Shown here in pieces: positions 1 to 11,408 of a stretch of 64,000 nt of DNA. Source of the DNA: Prasinococcaceae sp. CCMP 1430 (lineage: Eukaryota > Plantae > Prasinodermophyta); assembly GCA_013416795.1 (NCBI GenBank), contig RQSC01000523.1:280457-344456 (forward strand), given 5' to 3'. The notes under the pieces are model-generated. The model was not told where the DNA came from. It saw only the letters and a list, made by a program, of their open reading frames with translations, and made no database searches. Made by a program: the position numbers and the translations under genes. Position 1 is the first letter of the stretch. Each line of letters starts with the position of its first letter.

Positions 1-172
1 TGGAATTTGCAGGCGGTGAGGGCGTCTCGGGCGGTGAGGGTGGCGTCGAAGGTGAAGGAGGTGTTAGGGGAGGAGGCGGCTGCGCTGGCGGCGCCGTCGT
101 GTTGGGGGCTGGCGCGGGCGCGGCCGCCGCGCCCTCTCCGCTGCCCGCCACCCCACCACCGGGCGCGCTCAT
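1..172 (-). CDS. 5' end of a Pro-rich protein (MSAPGGG...PPSPSTPPSPPETPSPP), runs off the window
   Basis: ATG at 172-170, open to the window edge; lies head-to-head with the next gene across an AT-rich spacer (320-460). Confidence 0.4.
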   Translation of the reverse strand, partial: MSAPGGGVAGSGEGAAAAPAPAPNTTAPPAQPPPPLTPPSPSTPPSPPETPSPPANS

Positions 173-516
173 CGGCACTCCCGTGCCGCACCCACCGCCC
201 CCGCCCGCCCCGCCCGCGCCCCACGCCGCCCGTGTGGCGCCCGGCGCTTCCTGTCAGCAGGCCCGGTGGCGTGCTGCTACTGCTGGCGCTGCCAGGTGGG
301 TTCCGGTTCAAGGCGAAAAAACAGAGTTTGGGTTTAATTACCAAGTATGGAGACACCGTGGGTATGTTTGATCATGATATAGATGTACTATCGAATGTGG
401 ATCGTACATCGGGAATATGGTTGTCATAGGCTATTAGGAGGCCCGTTTAGGGTTTGGATTTGATGCGGGCGCGAGCGCGGGCCTGCCACACTCAGTGCAG
501 CGGCGCGGCGCAGTCG

Positions 517-1721
517 ATGGCGATGGCGGCGGCTGCCCCATGCGCCGCCGCGGCGGCCAGGCGCACGCGCCCAGGCGTAGCACGGGGCCACGACGGCGGC
601 GGCGGCGGCGGCGAGCCGGGGCGGGATGGCGACGACAGTGAGACGCTGCGCGTGTCCGCCGACGACCTCGAGTGGGACGCAGGCGTGCTCGCGTCGCCCA
701 CCGTCGCAGGCGAGGGCGCGGCGCTCGCCGAGGAGTGGGCGTCGCTTACTGCTATGCAACTTTCATACCCATCGTTCGACTCGACCGGCAAGCGCATGTA
801 CATAGAGCAGCTCGAGGATGTGCTCGAGAGGCTGCAGGTACGTGCGAGCACCGTGTGTGGCGTTGAGGACGCGGCGCAGTGCCATCAGTCCGAGCGTGCC
901 CGCAGTCGCGTGCGCGCGCTAACTCATGAGCGCACGCGCGCGGAACGCCCCCTTTTCGCGCGCGGTACATTACTGGCGTGTCGTCACTCCTCGCCAGCTC
1001 TTCGTCAAGCGGTACGAGCTTGCGTCCGAAACGGACGAGCATGCTGCTGCCGAGATCGCCAAAGTCGAGGCCGTGCTCTCGGAAGCAGGCCTCACGTTCG
1101 AGAGCGCGCAGGTGCGTGATGGCGTCTCTCAGATGCCTGACATGCGCTTTCCTCATGCGGCTCTCCTCTCTTTTCTCTCACTTTCATGCGCGGTGCGCTG
1201 CTATGCTAGTGGACGCTGACGGAAGTACACATGCTCTGCTGTGCATGCGCGCATGTATATGTTCGTGCGGACACGATGCACACCGGAGAGCGCAGGCGGC
1301 ATTCCGCGAGAACGTGGGGCTCATGCGCGAGCTGCTCGAGCGAGAGGAGCGGCTCGGCGCGGGCGCGGCGAGCGTGGCCACAGCAGAGGCCGAAGCGGCA
1401 GCCGCGGCGCGCGCAGAGCGCGATGGGAGCAGCCCCGAGGACAGCAAGAATCGTGGAGCCAGCAGCAGCAGCGGTGGTTGGACGCCGCGCATGCCGGACA
1501 TGGCGGCCATGATGGCCGACCCCGCCGTGCTCGCGTGCCTTGAGGACCCCTCCGTGCTCGCCAAAATGCAGGAGGTTCTGCAGGATCCCGACGCGATGCT
1601 CAAGCACGGCAACGACCCCAAAATCGTCAAGCTGATCGAGACGATCTGGGGGAGCCAGTGGCAGGAGGAGCTCGCGCGGAGAAACGCCGCGGGTGGGGGC
1701 AGTGCGCCGGAGGGGCGCTGA
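517..1721 (+). CDS. DUF1825-family protein with C-terminal STI1-like domain, probably plastid-targeted; exons 517-837, 998-1111, 1296-1721
   Basis: Phase-0 GT-AG introns join to give YPSFDSTGKRMYIEQLEDVLERLQLFVKRYEL, resembling cyanobacterial DUF1825 (GKFDREGKKLFIEQM...FMKRFEL); DP-repeat tail MMADPAVLACLEDPSVLAKMQEVLQDP; Ala/Arg-rich N-terminus. Confidence 0.7.
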
Positions 1722-1808
1722 AAAGAGCATTGCGGTGATTCATTAAGCGATGATTTGTGCTGCGACGGCAGTGGCTCTCTAGAGCTAGCTGTAGAGAACT
1801 AGAGCTAG

Positions 1809-3446
1809 CTAGCCAGCTACATATGTCTTCAGCGGCAGCTTGAACGCCTCCTCAACGAGCTTAGTGCACAGCTCGCGCGCGCTGGCGCACATGCACAGCG
1901 CCGCCTCGAGCGAGGTGGCGCGTGCGCCGTGGCTGCCTTCCGGCGGCGGTTCGCACGAACAAGGCCGCCGCGGTGCGCACTGAAAATGGCCCCGAAGAGA
2001 ACCGTCAGAGTCCATCCCGCCGTCCGCCTGGTAGCCCGCTGCGAGCGTGAGCTGCGCCCCTCCGGGTCGCCAGAGCGGTGCGACGTAGCACACTTCATAG
2101 CGCGGCGCGCTAGGCAGGCCGCCCTGCCACCACATGGCACCCCCGTGTCGCGCCTGCCAGCCATCTGGTGGGAGCTCATGCTCACGGAAGGCGCTCAGAC
2201 TGTGCGAAAAGTCTTCGCCGAGGGACGCTACCACTGCATCGAGCTTCGCATGCGCCTCCGCTACGAGCTGATTGTCGAGCTCGAAGTAGCCGTCCAGGCC
2301 TCCCTCACGGCGCACACGCTCCTCGAAAGCGAATGCCTCCTTTGCCCCGTCTGAACTGAAGTGGTGCGCGTTGACGACAGGTACGCTTACGTCTTCCACT
2401 GGTATGCCAGCGAGAAACGCGAGCGCAAGCAGGCCCTCGTCCTGCCGCTCCACAGGAATGGGAACGTCAATTAGGTCCAAGACGCGCCGCGCGTGGCGGA
2501 GCGTTGGCCCCTCGTACCGCTGCTCAGTCATGACGGTCAGCAGATCGAGCTCTTCCACTCCGGCGCCACCCCCTGTGTCGAGGGCGCGCCGTGCGCCACT
2601 GCCGACCGCATTGAATTCGCCGCCCGTGCTGGCGCCGCCTCGTCGGTTGGCGCGCTCGACTGCTGCGAGGAGCTCGGCGGCCGAGGGCATCTTCGCAGAC
2701 CTCGCGGCCACCCAAATGGCAAGCTGCTTCGCCTGCGGGTCTGTTGGCGACCACTCCCATGGCGCGTCGTCGCACATGAAAGTCGGCAACGGCGCGCCAG
2801 GCGGGCGCTTTTGGAGGGCGTCACACAGCCCAAGCGCGTCGGTGAGCGGCTTGAGCCACGAGTGCCTGTGGCCGTCCCAGAAATTGGACCAGAAGAAGCG
2901 CACCGGATCACGGAAGAGACCCGCAACGACGACCCGCACGCCGGCGTCACGCAAGCGCGCGACTCCGGCCTCAAGGTCTGCGAACGTCGGTGAGACCATC
3001 TTGGCCGTGCGGTGGACCTCGTACACGATGCGAAGCGGTGCCTCTCGCACGGTCGCCTCCGCACTCGCACGCACTGCAGCGTCGACAACAGAATCCCATC
3101 CGGGGCAGTCGTGGGTTGCGTACGCTCCCTTGCCGAGCACGTCCAGCCGCTTGAAGAGCATGCTGAGGGTGGAGCCACCCGCCTTGGGCGTATGTAGGAC
3201 CACGATCACCGTCGGCACCGAGCGCGCGTCTGTCAAGAGCTGCCTGGTACCATCTGACGAGGCGGTGTCCGCGGGGATGACCGAATGCGAGCCGTCGAGC
3301 AGGTGCGAGGCAGCCTCCGCTCGCGCCACGCTCGCGGCGGCGCCCCCGCCGACGGGACGCGCGCATGCGCAAGCGCAAGCGCACGCGAGCACGAGTGCGA
3401 CCGCAGGCAGGTGCGCGCGCGGCTTTGAGCGCCCAGCCAAAGCCAT
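1809..3446 (-). CDS. Secretory-pathway sulfotransferase-like protein
   Basis: Hydrophobic N-terminus; 5'-PSB-like motif VVLHTPKAGGSTL and 3'-PB-like motif FRDPVRFFWS. Confidence 0.65.
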   Translation of the reverse strand: MALAGRSKPRAHLPAVALVLACACACACARPVGGGAAASVARAEAASHLLDGSHSVIPADTASSDGTRQLLTDARSVPTVIVVLHTPKAGGSTLSMLFKRLDVLGKGAYATHDCPGWDSVVDAAVRASAEATVREAPLRIVYEVHRTAKMVSPTFADLEAGVARLRDAGVRVVVAGLFRDPVRFFWSNFWDGHRHSWLKPLTDALGLCDALQKRPPGAPLPTFMCDDAPWEWSPTDPQAKQLAIWVAARSAKMPSAAELLAAVERANRRGGASTGGEFNAVGSGARRALDTGGGAGVEELDLLTVMTEQRYEGPTLRHARRVLDLIDVPIPVERQDEGLLALAFLAGIPVEDVSVPVVNAHHFSSDGAKEAFAFEERVRREGGLDGYFELDNQLVAEAHAKLDAVVASLGEDFSHSLSAFREHELPPDGWQARHGGAMWWQGGLPSAPRYEVCYVAPLWRPGGAQLTLAAGYQADGGMDSDGSLRGHFQCAPRRPCSCEPPPEGSHGARATSLEAALCMCASARELCTKLVEEAFKLPLKTYVAG

Positions 3447-3790
3447 CGTAGACGCCCAAGGCGCCTTACTCGACAAGAGGCTGCTCGCGCATACTGTGCG
3501 CATGCGCGCGTGCGCTCTGTGGCGCGCCAAAGAGAGCGCACAGCATTCGTGTCCTCACACACGCAGGTGGATCGGGGAGTCTGCGCCGGGTGGAAGGCGC
3601 CGATTGCGGTCGGCGCGCGCGCTTGTGAGGCGCCGCACAGGACACAAGGCTGGGCGCACTGGTGCATCAAACGCCGTGCCGGTGCGCCACTGTCGGCCGC
3701 GCTCGGCACGCGACGAGGGAGCACTCTATGCGGCAGTGTGTGCTGCGCTCTCCGCGCCAGTCTAACACATGGCCGGTTCAAACGCGTGCA

Positions 3791-5201
3791 TTACCCCTCC
3801 CGCCGGAACCACGCCTGCACCTGCTCGAGTGGCCCCTGCGCCTGCGGCACGTAGCGGTAGAGGCCATCGAGCAGGGGGGCGACGCGCCCGCCGACCTGCT
3901 GCCACATCTGCCTGTGGTAGAGGTACACGTTGCCGTCCTTGCAATGATAGCGCATGCGGAGAAGCTGCAGGTATATGAACGCCGTGAGCGCCCGACGCAA
4001 ACCGAAGGTGAAGATCTGCAGCGTAATGGTGAGCAGCAGGCCGACCTCGACCGTCGCGTTGAGCTGCAGTGCCTGACGCGTGTTGGCCTGCAAGAACGCC
4101 GCAGCGCGCACGCCGTGCGAGCTCCAGATCGGCAGGTGCGTGAGGCGCTTCTGCGCGTACGTCATGGCATTGTAGCATGCGCACACGCACAGCGGCACCA
4201 AGGCCATCAGCAGCGGCTCACTGCCGAGGAACACCGTGCAGTACCACAAGTAAGAGAAGTTGTTCGTGCTGAGAACGCTCGGTAGCCACGCCTTGATGCC
4301 GTCTGCGGTCAGCTGCTTAGGCCTGCCCGCCTGCAGATACAGGCTCGAGCCGAAAGCCACCGCCGCTGCACGGCCGCCAGGCCAATGGCGCAGCATGCGG
4401 GGGGAGGCGCCAGGAGCACACGATGTCAGCACATCGTTGGTGTTTGCGCATGAACCAGAACCGGAGGAACGATGCAAGAGCAATGGAGCTTGCGCGCGCT
4501 GGTCGCCGCGCGTCGCGTCACCTCGCCGCACCTGTCGTGAGTGCCCAGTAGTACGACCTGTAGCCAAGCATCTTGAGGCCGACGAAAGGCACGAGGCCCA
4601 GGATGTAGATCGCTGCGCTGAGCAGCGTCATGCAATTCACGCTGAAAAAGAATTGTTGCCTATCCATCTGGCGTGCGTAGTCCATTGCCGCCGTCGCTGC
4701 GGGGAGCTTGGTGAGCGCAGCCTGTGCGGAAACGGCGACGGATGACAACTTCTCGGCAGCGGTAGCGGCGAGCTTAGTCGCCGCGTCAATGCCGGCGGAG
4801 AAGGCGCTGGTACTACCAGCGGTGGACGAGGCGGTGGGCTCAGACGCGGGATTAGTCCGCTCCTCCTGCTGCTGCGATGCGGATTCTGCGCGTGGCGCCT
4901 CTTCCTTTGCTGCTGGTGCGGGCTCTTGCCTTTGCTCCTCTGCGCCAGCAGCTGCTGCCGCCGCCGCCGCCGCCGCCGCAGGCCGCTGCCGCGCGGCGGC
5001 CTGTGCCGGCGCGGCACCCGCCGTGGCAAGGTCAAAGTCGGCGTCGACATTCTTCTTGTACCACTTCGCCCGCAGCCGGTGCACGACCTTGGGCAGCTCC
5101 GCCGCGCTGACGTTGCTCAGGTCGAGCCTCGCGTAGTACGCCGCCCAGCGCGCGTCGCCGTCAAAGTCGTACGCGCCGAACGCCCCCGCGTCGGCCGACA
5201 T
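3791..5201 (-). CDS. TMEM33/Pom33 (UPF0121) membrane protein, plant type; exons 5201-4532, 4365-3791
   Basis: N-terminal YDFDGDARWAAYY...KWYKKNVDAD motif of plant TMEM33; multiple TM helices; FIYLQLLRMRY; phase-1 GT-AG intron. Confidence 0.8.
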
Positions 5202-5612
5202 CGCGCGCGTGGGATGGGTTTGGGTGGAGGGTCGCGCGCGCGGGCGAGGGGCCGAAGGCTTTCGGCTGGGTAGGCAGGGTCGAGGGGCGGGGGGCTGCCG
5301 CCACCTGCGCGCGGTGTGACGCCGCTGCCGGCTCCCGGCCGATCGCGATCGGCGCCCCCTCCTGAGAAAAAGAACACGAGAGCCGCGCGGCGAGTTGGCT
5401 CCTCGCGCGCACACCACGCGCGCGCGGGCGGGGGGAGGGAGCTCGGCCGGGCGGCCCTGCGACCCAAACGCGCGCAGGCCCGCCACCCCAACCCCACCAC
5501 CCCGACGCCTGCCCGCCGTTGCCGGCGCGCGACGCCTCCGCTCCCCCCCCTCCCCTCCCATCGCTCACCAACGACATAGTGCCATAGTCCTGTGACCCCA
5601 TCCTCCTTTAGC

Positions 5613-6120
5613 TCCACGGCGTCCACGTGCCTGTCGACGTCGAAGGCGGTCAGCCAGACGGCGGTGACGGGCCGCGGCGCGCCGATGCGGTGCACGCGGT
5701 CCTCCGCCTGCGCGGCGTCGCCCGGCGCCCACGGCCGGTCGACCAGCACGACGTCGCTGGCGGCCGTGAGCGTGAGGCCCACGCCGCCCGCGCCGAAGGT
5801 GCACACGATCGCCCGCGCGCCGCCGCCCTCGCGCTGGAAGGCGTCCACCGCCCGCTGGCGCTCCGCGGCGGCCTGCCCGCCCACCACCGCGTGGCACTCG
5901 GCGCCGGCCGCGGCGAGCCCCGCGCGGAGCGCGTCGACCGTGTCCAGGAAGGCGGCGAAGACCACCACGCTGCGCCCCTGCTGGAGGAGCTCCTCGCACA
6001 CGCCGAGCGCGGCGCCCACCTTGGCGAGGCTCGCCGCGCGGCGCACGGCGGAGAGCAGCGCGAGCGCGTCGCCGCCGCCGGCGAGGAGAACGAGCTGCAC
6101 GCGGCGGGCGCGGCGCGGCC
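5613..6120 (-). CDS. SNF2-family (SMARCAL1/HARP-like) helicase C-terminal domain, fragment
   Basis: VVVFAAFLDTV, AGGVGLTLTAASDVVLVDRPWAPGDAAQAEDRVHRIG (helicase motifs IV-VI); N-terminal ATPase lobe absent. Confidence 0.75.
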
Positions 6121-6121
6121 G

Positions 6122-6289
6122 GTGAAGCTCTCCAAGGAGGCGTCGGCGGCGATGGCCGAGGTCATCGTGAGCTTTGCGCGAGAGGCGGTGCACCGGCCGC
6201 TCAAGGAGGCCGCGTTCGATGGCGAGGGCCAGGCCACGCAGGACCACGTCGAGCGATGCCTGCCGCAGCTGCTGCTGGATTTTGCTTGA
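6122..6289 (+). CDS. MHF2: CENP-X/MHF2 histone-fold protein, C-terminal fragment
   Basis: VKLSKEASAAMAEVIVSFAREAVHR...DHVERCLPQLLLDFA*; the LPQLLLDF ending is the CENP-X signature; 5' part missing. Confidence 0.75.
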   Translation: MKLSKEASAAMAEVIVSFAREAVHRPLKEAAFDGEGQATQDHVERCLPQLLLDFA

Positions 6290-6657
6290 CACTCCCGAAT
6301 TGTAACATGTGTGACCAGTAGCGAATGTACGAGGCGGAAGGCAGCGTCGCCAGCGCGTGGCCACCGCGCTCGCAGCTGCGCAAGATGTGCCTGAGACGCC
6401 AGAGCGCGCACATGCGCCCACCTTGCCGCGAGCACGATGCGCAAGCGCGCGCCCAGTCATGCCAGGCTGCCCACCGGGAAGAAAACATGCCCACGCACAA
6501 AAAATCGGCAACGCCGGCCGCCTCTTACAGAGCGCGCGTGCACTCAGTGAGCACCAGCTTGCTAGCGGCGGGGTGCGTGCGCGCGGGCAGCGCTGCTCAC
6601 GGCGTGGCCACGCAACGGCGCGTGGCGCACGGCATGGCGAGGCAGGTCCACGCCCCT

Positions 6658-7572
6658 TTACTTGCTGCCATAGGCGTACCGCGAGATGGGGTCCATGATG
6701 ACCGCCTCGCCAGCCTCGAGAGCCTTGCCGCTGCGCTTCGCCGCGGTGGCCTTCGCCCACTCGTCGGTCATCGTGCGCGGAGTCTCGCCTGTTTGCCCGC
6801 GCACGCGTTTGTATGCGAGTCCAGCAAGGCGCAACGAGGGCAAGCGGGGTTGGGGCCGAGAAAAAAGGGGGTGCCGGCGTCGTGGGCGCATGCACGCAAA
6901 CGTGTTGGCAGGTTCGGTGTTGGGTGTCAGGAGGGGAGGATGGCAGGAAAAGTGCAGCGGACGCGCGCGTGTCTTGTCAGCGCCGCGGACCAGACATCAC
7001 GAGCTCGGTGCGTCTCACCGCCGCCGTCTGGACGCCATCGCTACGCCCAGCGTTGCAACGTGATAGGCACAAGGCCAAGTGAACCTCGGGTGCACGTAGC
7101 ACAATGGCATGCGGACCGGCGGGGCGCCCCAAGCCAGGGCATCCGCTCGCTCCCCCCCTTCTTCCCCCACGCCCTCTTTGAGCGCCCACGCCGCGTGGGC
7201 CAGCGCTCTGAGCGCCGGGCGAGTCATGCAGTGCGCATTAGGGTTGGCGCTGACCAGCGCTCTGACGTACCGCCGAACACCTTCATGTTGCGCGTCATGT
7301 GGAAGAGCGTGCCAGCACCGATGACGCCGCAGGCGAGGCCGGCGGCGATGAGCTGGGGCGAGGCGCCCTTGCGCCCCATGCCAATCACATACTTTGCCGT
7401 CTTCGCCGCCTGCGCCAGGACGCGCGTGGCGGGGCCAGGGCGGGCGCGCGCACCGGTCAGCGCCGAACCCAAAGGCGCGGCGCGCGCATCCGTCGCAGCA
7501 GCCGCGGCGCGCGCGCGGGCGGGCGGGCGGGCGAGGCTGCGACCGCGCGCGCTGCATGCGCACCTCCGCCAT
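6658..7572 (-). CDS. Plant-type cytochrome c oxidase subunit COX4 (DUF1138/OZI1-like); exons 7572-7564, 7409-7271, 6788-6658
   Basis: Spliced product MAEAAKTAKYVIGMG...TLFHMTRNMKVFGGETPRTMTDEWAKAT...VIMDPISRYAYGSK resembles DUF1138 (FGGTTP.T...EW...T...VVMNPISR); canonical splice sites. Confidence 0.75.
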
Positions 7573-7601
7573 GGTTCCACCTCGGAGAAGGGGCGGAGAA
7601 G

Positions 7602-7602
<1 letters not shown>

Positions 7603-7643
<41 letters not shown>
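7603..7643. repeat. Poly-G run (41 nt)
   Basis: Seen directly. Confidence 0.9.
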
Positions 7644-7644
<1 letters not shown>

Positions 7645-7713
7645 AGCGCGGCACGCGCTGAGTGGCGCCTCCCCTCCACCTTCGCGCATGACTTTGCGCG
7701 CGCGATTTGCTCC

Positions 7714-7756
7714 GTTTGTTTGTTTGTTTGTTTGTTTGTTTGTTTGTTTGTTTGTT
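7714..7756. repeat. (GTTT)n microsatellite
   Basis: Seen directly. Confidence 0.9.
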
Positions 7757-7944
7757 CGCTTCGATTTTTTTGGTCACGTCCCTTCCAGACTTTGTGGCTG
7801 TTTGGGTTCTCCAGGAGAAAAAAAGGAAAAAGAAGAAAAAAGAGGTTGGCCGAGCTGGTCGGGGATGCGCGCCACACACACGCGCGCCGGCGCTCCCCCC
7901 CCCACCCCCCACCCTACGCCTTCCGCGCGCGCGCGCCTGCTGCC

Positions 7945-8763
7945 ATGCTGCCTTCGAATTCGTTCGCCAACGTACGTGCCGCTTGCGCGGGCGCGCGCGC
8001 AACGCGGCGCCCCGCCGCGCGGCGCAGTAGTGCAAACCTAAAACGTGCACGGGCGGCGCAGGCAGCAGCGAGCAGCGCCGCGTGTGCGCCGACCGGTGCC
8101 CTTCCGCGCTCTCGCACGGTTCGCGCAATCGCAGCATTGTGTTGCGCGGCGTGTGCTGACGCGCGCGCGCTCACCGCCGGGCTTTCCTTCCCTCCCTGCG
8201 TGCGCCTCCATTGCTGCGCACTCTGCTGCGCGCATTCGTGCGCGTGCGCGCCTTGGGCGCGCGTGTCCAACACATCGTGTTGTGCCTGTCCTGCGCGCCG
8301 CCACGCCGCGCGCACGCGCCCTCCCATCGCGCGATTCTGTGCCGCCCCCGTACCTCGCCGCGCGCTCGGGGCATCACTCGTGTCCTTGTGCTACGATGAC
8401 ACACGCTCGCAGGCTGCACGGGTTGCGGCCGTCACTGTCGGTGTCGTGTGGGGCGCGTCCAAGATGACGGTGGTCAAGGTGCGTGCATCACGCACGCGGG
8501 GGCTGGAGCCTCACCTACCGCACCGTGCCGCGTACGCAAACCGCGACCACCACCGCGCCACGCGCGGACGCCACACCACATGCCCGCCTTGGCAGTTGGA
8601 TCGTAGATGCGCTAGAATCACGACATGTGCCATGCGTGCCGCTGTGCATGCGCTGGCAGTGCGCTGACGCGCTGTTGCATGACCCCTCCCCGCCCACTCG
8701 CCCACTCCCGCGCATGCGCACCCGCAGATGACGACCCCGAAGTCGGACTCTTCGGGTCACTAG
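7945..8763 (+). CDS. Mitochondrial ATP synthase subunit e, plant type; exons 7945-7971, 8413-8478, 8728-8763
   Basis: Spliced MLPSNSFANAARVAAVTVGVVWGASKMTVVKMTTPKSDSSGH* resembles plant subunit e (ARASAFxLGLVYGxxKL); all introns phase 0, GT-AG. Confidence 0.7.
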
Positions 8764-9040
8764 CGCCGCCGCGCCCCATGGCAGGCGTGGGGCCGCCCTG
8801 CGAGCCCGGAGCGCCCGCGCCCGATTGGCGCGGCGCCGCCGCCCACGCCGCACGCTGCAGGCCGCCGCCGCGTAAACAATTTTGGAGCATGGCGGGCGCA
8901 GCCTGCGGCCCGCTGCCTGCGGCCCGCAGCCCGCGCGGCGAGGAGCAGTGCGGAGTCGGCGACCCCCGGGGCGTGCGCGCTGGGCGGGACGCCTGCCCCC
9001 CACCTCGCCTCGACACTTGCCGGTGCGCTCCGCGATTGCN

Positions 9041-9760
9041 GGCGCGAGCCGCGCGGGCGCTGAGGCCGCGCTCGCGGCGGCGCGCGGCGGTGGCGCGGCC
9101 GGAGGCGAAAGCGCTATTCCAACCGAGGCTGCAGCAGGGGGATTAGCCGCAAGTGGGGGCGCAGACGTGTATGCGTACGCGCCGGTGCGTCCTCCCGTGG
9201 GTGGCCACGCGCAAACGCATTCAAACGGCCGCGGGCGCGGTAGCGCTGCAGAGCCAAGCGCGTACTGGCATGAGCCCGACGACCCACACGACCCACTGCT
9301 CGCCGCTGCGCGGCGCGCTGCGGGACTCGTGGCGCTAGTGCCCTCTGAGCGCGGCGTCTATTCGCGCCACCCGGACATACGGCAGATGCAGTTGGAAAGC
9401 GACGACTTCGCGTCGTCGGACGACGACGGCAATGTTGGCAATGATGGCTGGCCGTCCAACACAGCTGAGCCCGTCGTACGCGCGCGCGGCGTGCCGCGGG
9501 CGACGGTCGATGCGCTGCAGGCCGCGACTGACGGTGTCGCGCTGCTTGCACGCGCGCGCGCGAAAGGCGACGGCGGGCCGGTGTGCGCGGTGTGCCTCGA
9601 CGCCCTCTGCGTGGCGACACCTGGCGACGCCGCTTGCGTCGCCGAGCTCAGCTCAGGCCTGCTCGCACTGCCGTGCGCGCACGTGTTTCACGCGCGCTGC
9701 ATCCGGCCGTGGCTCAGCCGCGATACGCGCTGTCCGTCGTGCAGGCAGTCAGTCGTATGA
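9041..9760 (+). CDS. RING-H2 E3 ubiquitin ligase, 5'-partial (follows a single-N join)
   Basis: CAVCLD...LPCAHVFHARCIRPWLSRDTRCPSCR. Confidence 0.8.
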   Translation, partial: GASRAGAEAALAAARGGGAAGGESAIPTEAAAGGLAASGGADVYAYAPVRPPVGGHAQTHSNGRGRGSAAEPSAYWHEPDDPHDPLLAAARRAAGLVALVPSERGVYSRHPDIRQMQLESDDFASSDDDGNVGNDGWPSNTAEPVVRARGVPRATVDALQAATDGVALLARARAKGDGGPVCAVCLDALCVATPGDAACVAELSSGLLALPCAHVFHARCIRPWLSRDTRCPSCRQSVV

Positions 9761-9901
9761 CCCGAGCCACGAGTAGCAAGCACCCGATGCACACGGGGCC
9801 GCGCGCACGCGCGCGCGCACAAGCGTCCACCGGCGCCAGCACTGAAGCTCGCGCCCGTGCCGCGACGCTGTTTGTGAACTATGTACAGTACAGTCTACAT
9901 A

Positions 9902-11408
9902 TTAATCGCCCACCGCAGCGACAGGACAGGCCGCCGAGCAAAGAGCGGCGTGGTCAAAAGACCCCACGCGGCTGGCGGCGGCCGCCGCAGCGTGGCCGCC
10001 CGGCTCGAAGCGCGAGATGTAGCCCAGCTGCGAGCGCAGCGCAGCGCCGAAGCCGTACGCCGCCCATCGCAGAAGCAGGCGGCCAACGACCGTCGCGGGA
10101 TTGACGAGCACGCCGCTCCAGCGCGCAGCGCGCCGGAGGCCATCCGTGTACGCCGCAGCGCCGCGCCCGTCCCCTCTTACCTCGATCCCGAGCGCGTCAG
10201 CAAGCGCATTGCCCTGCAGCACGCGTGTCGCGTGGGCGAGCTGTTCCGCTGTGGCACGGCGGGGCGGCCTCCCCTCTACGGCAGCGAGCGTGGCCTTGGC
10301 GAGCTTCGTGGAGAGCTGGTCGGGCCACACCAGGTACACCCATATACTCTGGAGGGCAGCGCGCGCGTCGGGCAGCGAGCGGCACGCCAGGTTGTGCTCC
10401 TCATCGATGCCGATGCAGTGGCCGACTACCCGCCAGAGGTGCAGGAAGTCCTCCACGGCCTCGAGGCTGTCGCTGAGATCCACCCCCAATCGCTCCAGGC
10501 CGTCAACCACCACCGCTGAGAAGGCCAACTGCGTGACGACCATGTCTATTTGGTTGATCGGTACCCCGTCGGCGGCGGCGACAGCTTCGTAGGCCGCGCT
10601 GCAAGAGAGGCGTGCGCGCACTGCCGCGTGCATGAGGCGCACGCGCACCACCGCGCGCCAGCCCGCCCCGTGGACCGGCACCATCGCTTCGGGGCCGGCC
10701 ACCACAGCAGCGACCAGCTGCGCCGTCTCCAGGAGCCTCCGATAGGCGCGGTCGCACCCAGCGGCTGATGTGTCGCCGCGCAGCGCACCGCCGCATGAGA
10801 GCACGCGCGCGATGCGAGGCGCCGCGTACCCGCCCACGAGCGAGAGGTGCAGCAGGCAGGCGCCGCAACCGGGCAGGTAGCGGAGAAAGAACTCTGCCCC
10901 ACGCGCGCAGCGAGCGGTGTCTGCCCACTCGGGCAGCGTTGAGACGTCCTCGAGCAGCGCGCGCGCGCGAGCATCGCCACTGCCCGCCGCGCGCGCGAGG
11001 GCTCCCAGCGCGCAGCCGCTGTCCGCGAGCGCGCCCTCCTCGAGCCCACGCACCTCGGCGGGCGTGCGCGCCGGCAGAGCGAGCGTGCTGCGAAGGGACA
11101 GCAGCGGTGCGAGCAGCGGTTTGAGAGACGTGGGGAGCCACGACGTGGCCGCCGCGGGGACTTTCGCGCCGCCGCCTTCCCCACCGACGCCGCTGCCGCC
11201 CCGCTGCCGCCGCTCCCGCCGCCACTCAGCGAGCACCACCGGCAGCGTATCGTCGGCGAGCGCGTCCCCCCGCGACCTGAGCGGCTCCAGCTCGCGCGGG
11301 CGGCGGTGGGCCGCCGTCCACTCGAAGCCATTGCCCAGGTGCTCGACGGCGTCGCCGGGCGCGTACGCGTCGGCGTCGGCCGCGCACCGCGGCGTGGCGG
11401 CCCCGCAC
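9902..11408 (-). CDS. MpaB/DUF2236 (Lcp-like) oxygenase family protein, 5' end in gap
   Basis: RRLLETAQ, RVRLMHAAVR, GVPINQIDMVVTQLAFS, HLWRVVGHCIGI motifs. Confidence 0.8.

Noticed and set aside
7603-7643. Poly-G as a functional G-quadruplex
   Set aside because: Homopolymer length is unreliable and may be a sequencing artefact; there is no independent support.
6325-8667. 780-aa ORF and similar long Arg/Ala/Pro-rich ORFs (e.g. 28867-31155, 36314-38410, 41920-44025)
   Set aside because: These are shadow or antisense frames kept open by high GC. They cross introns and microsatellites and show no domain motifs.
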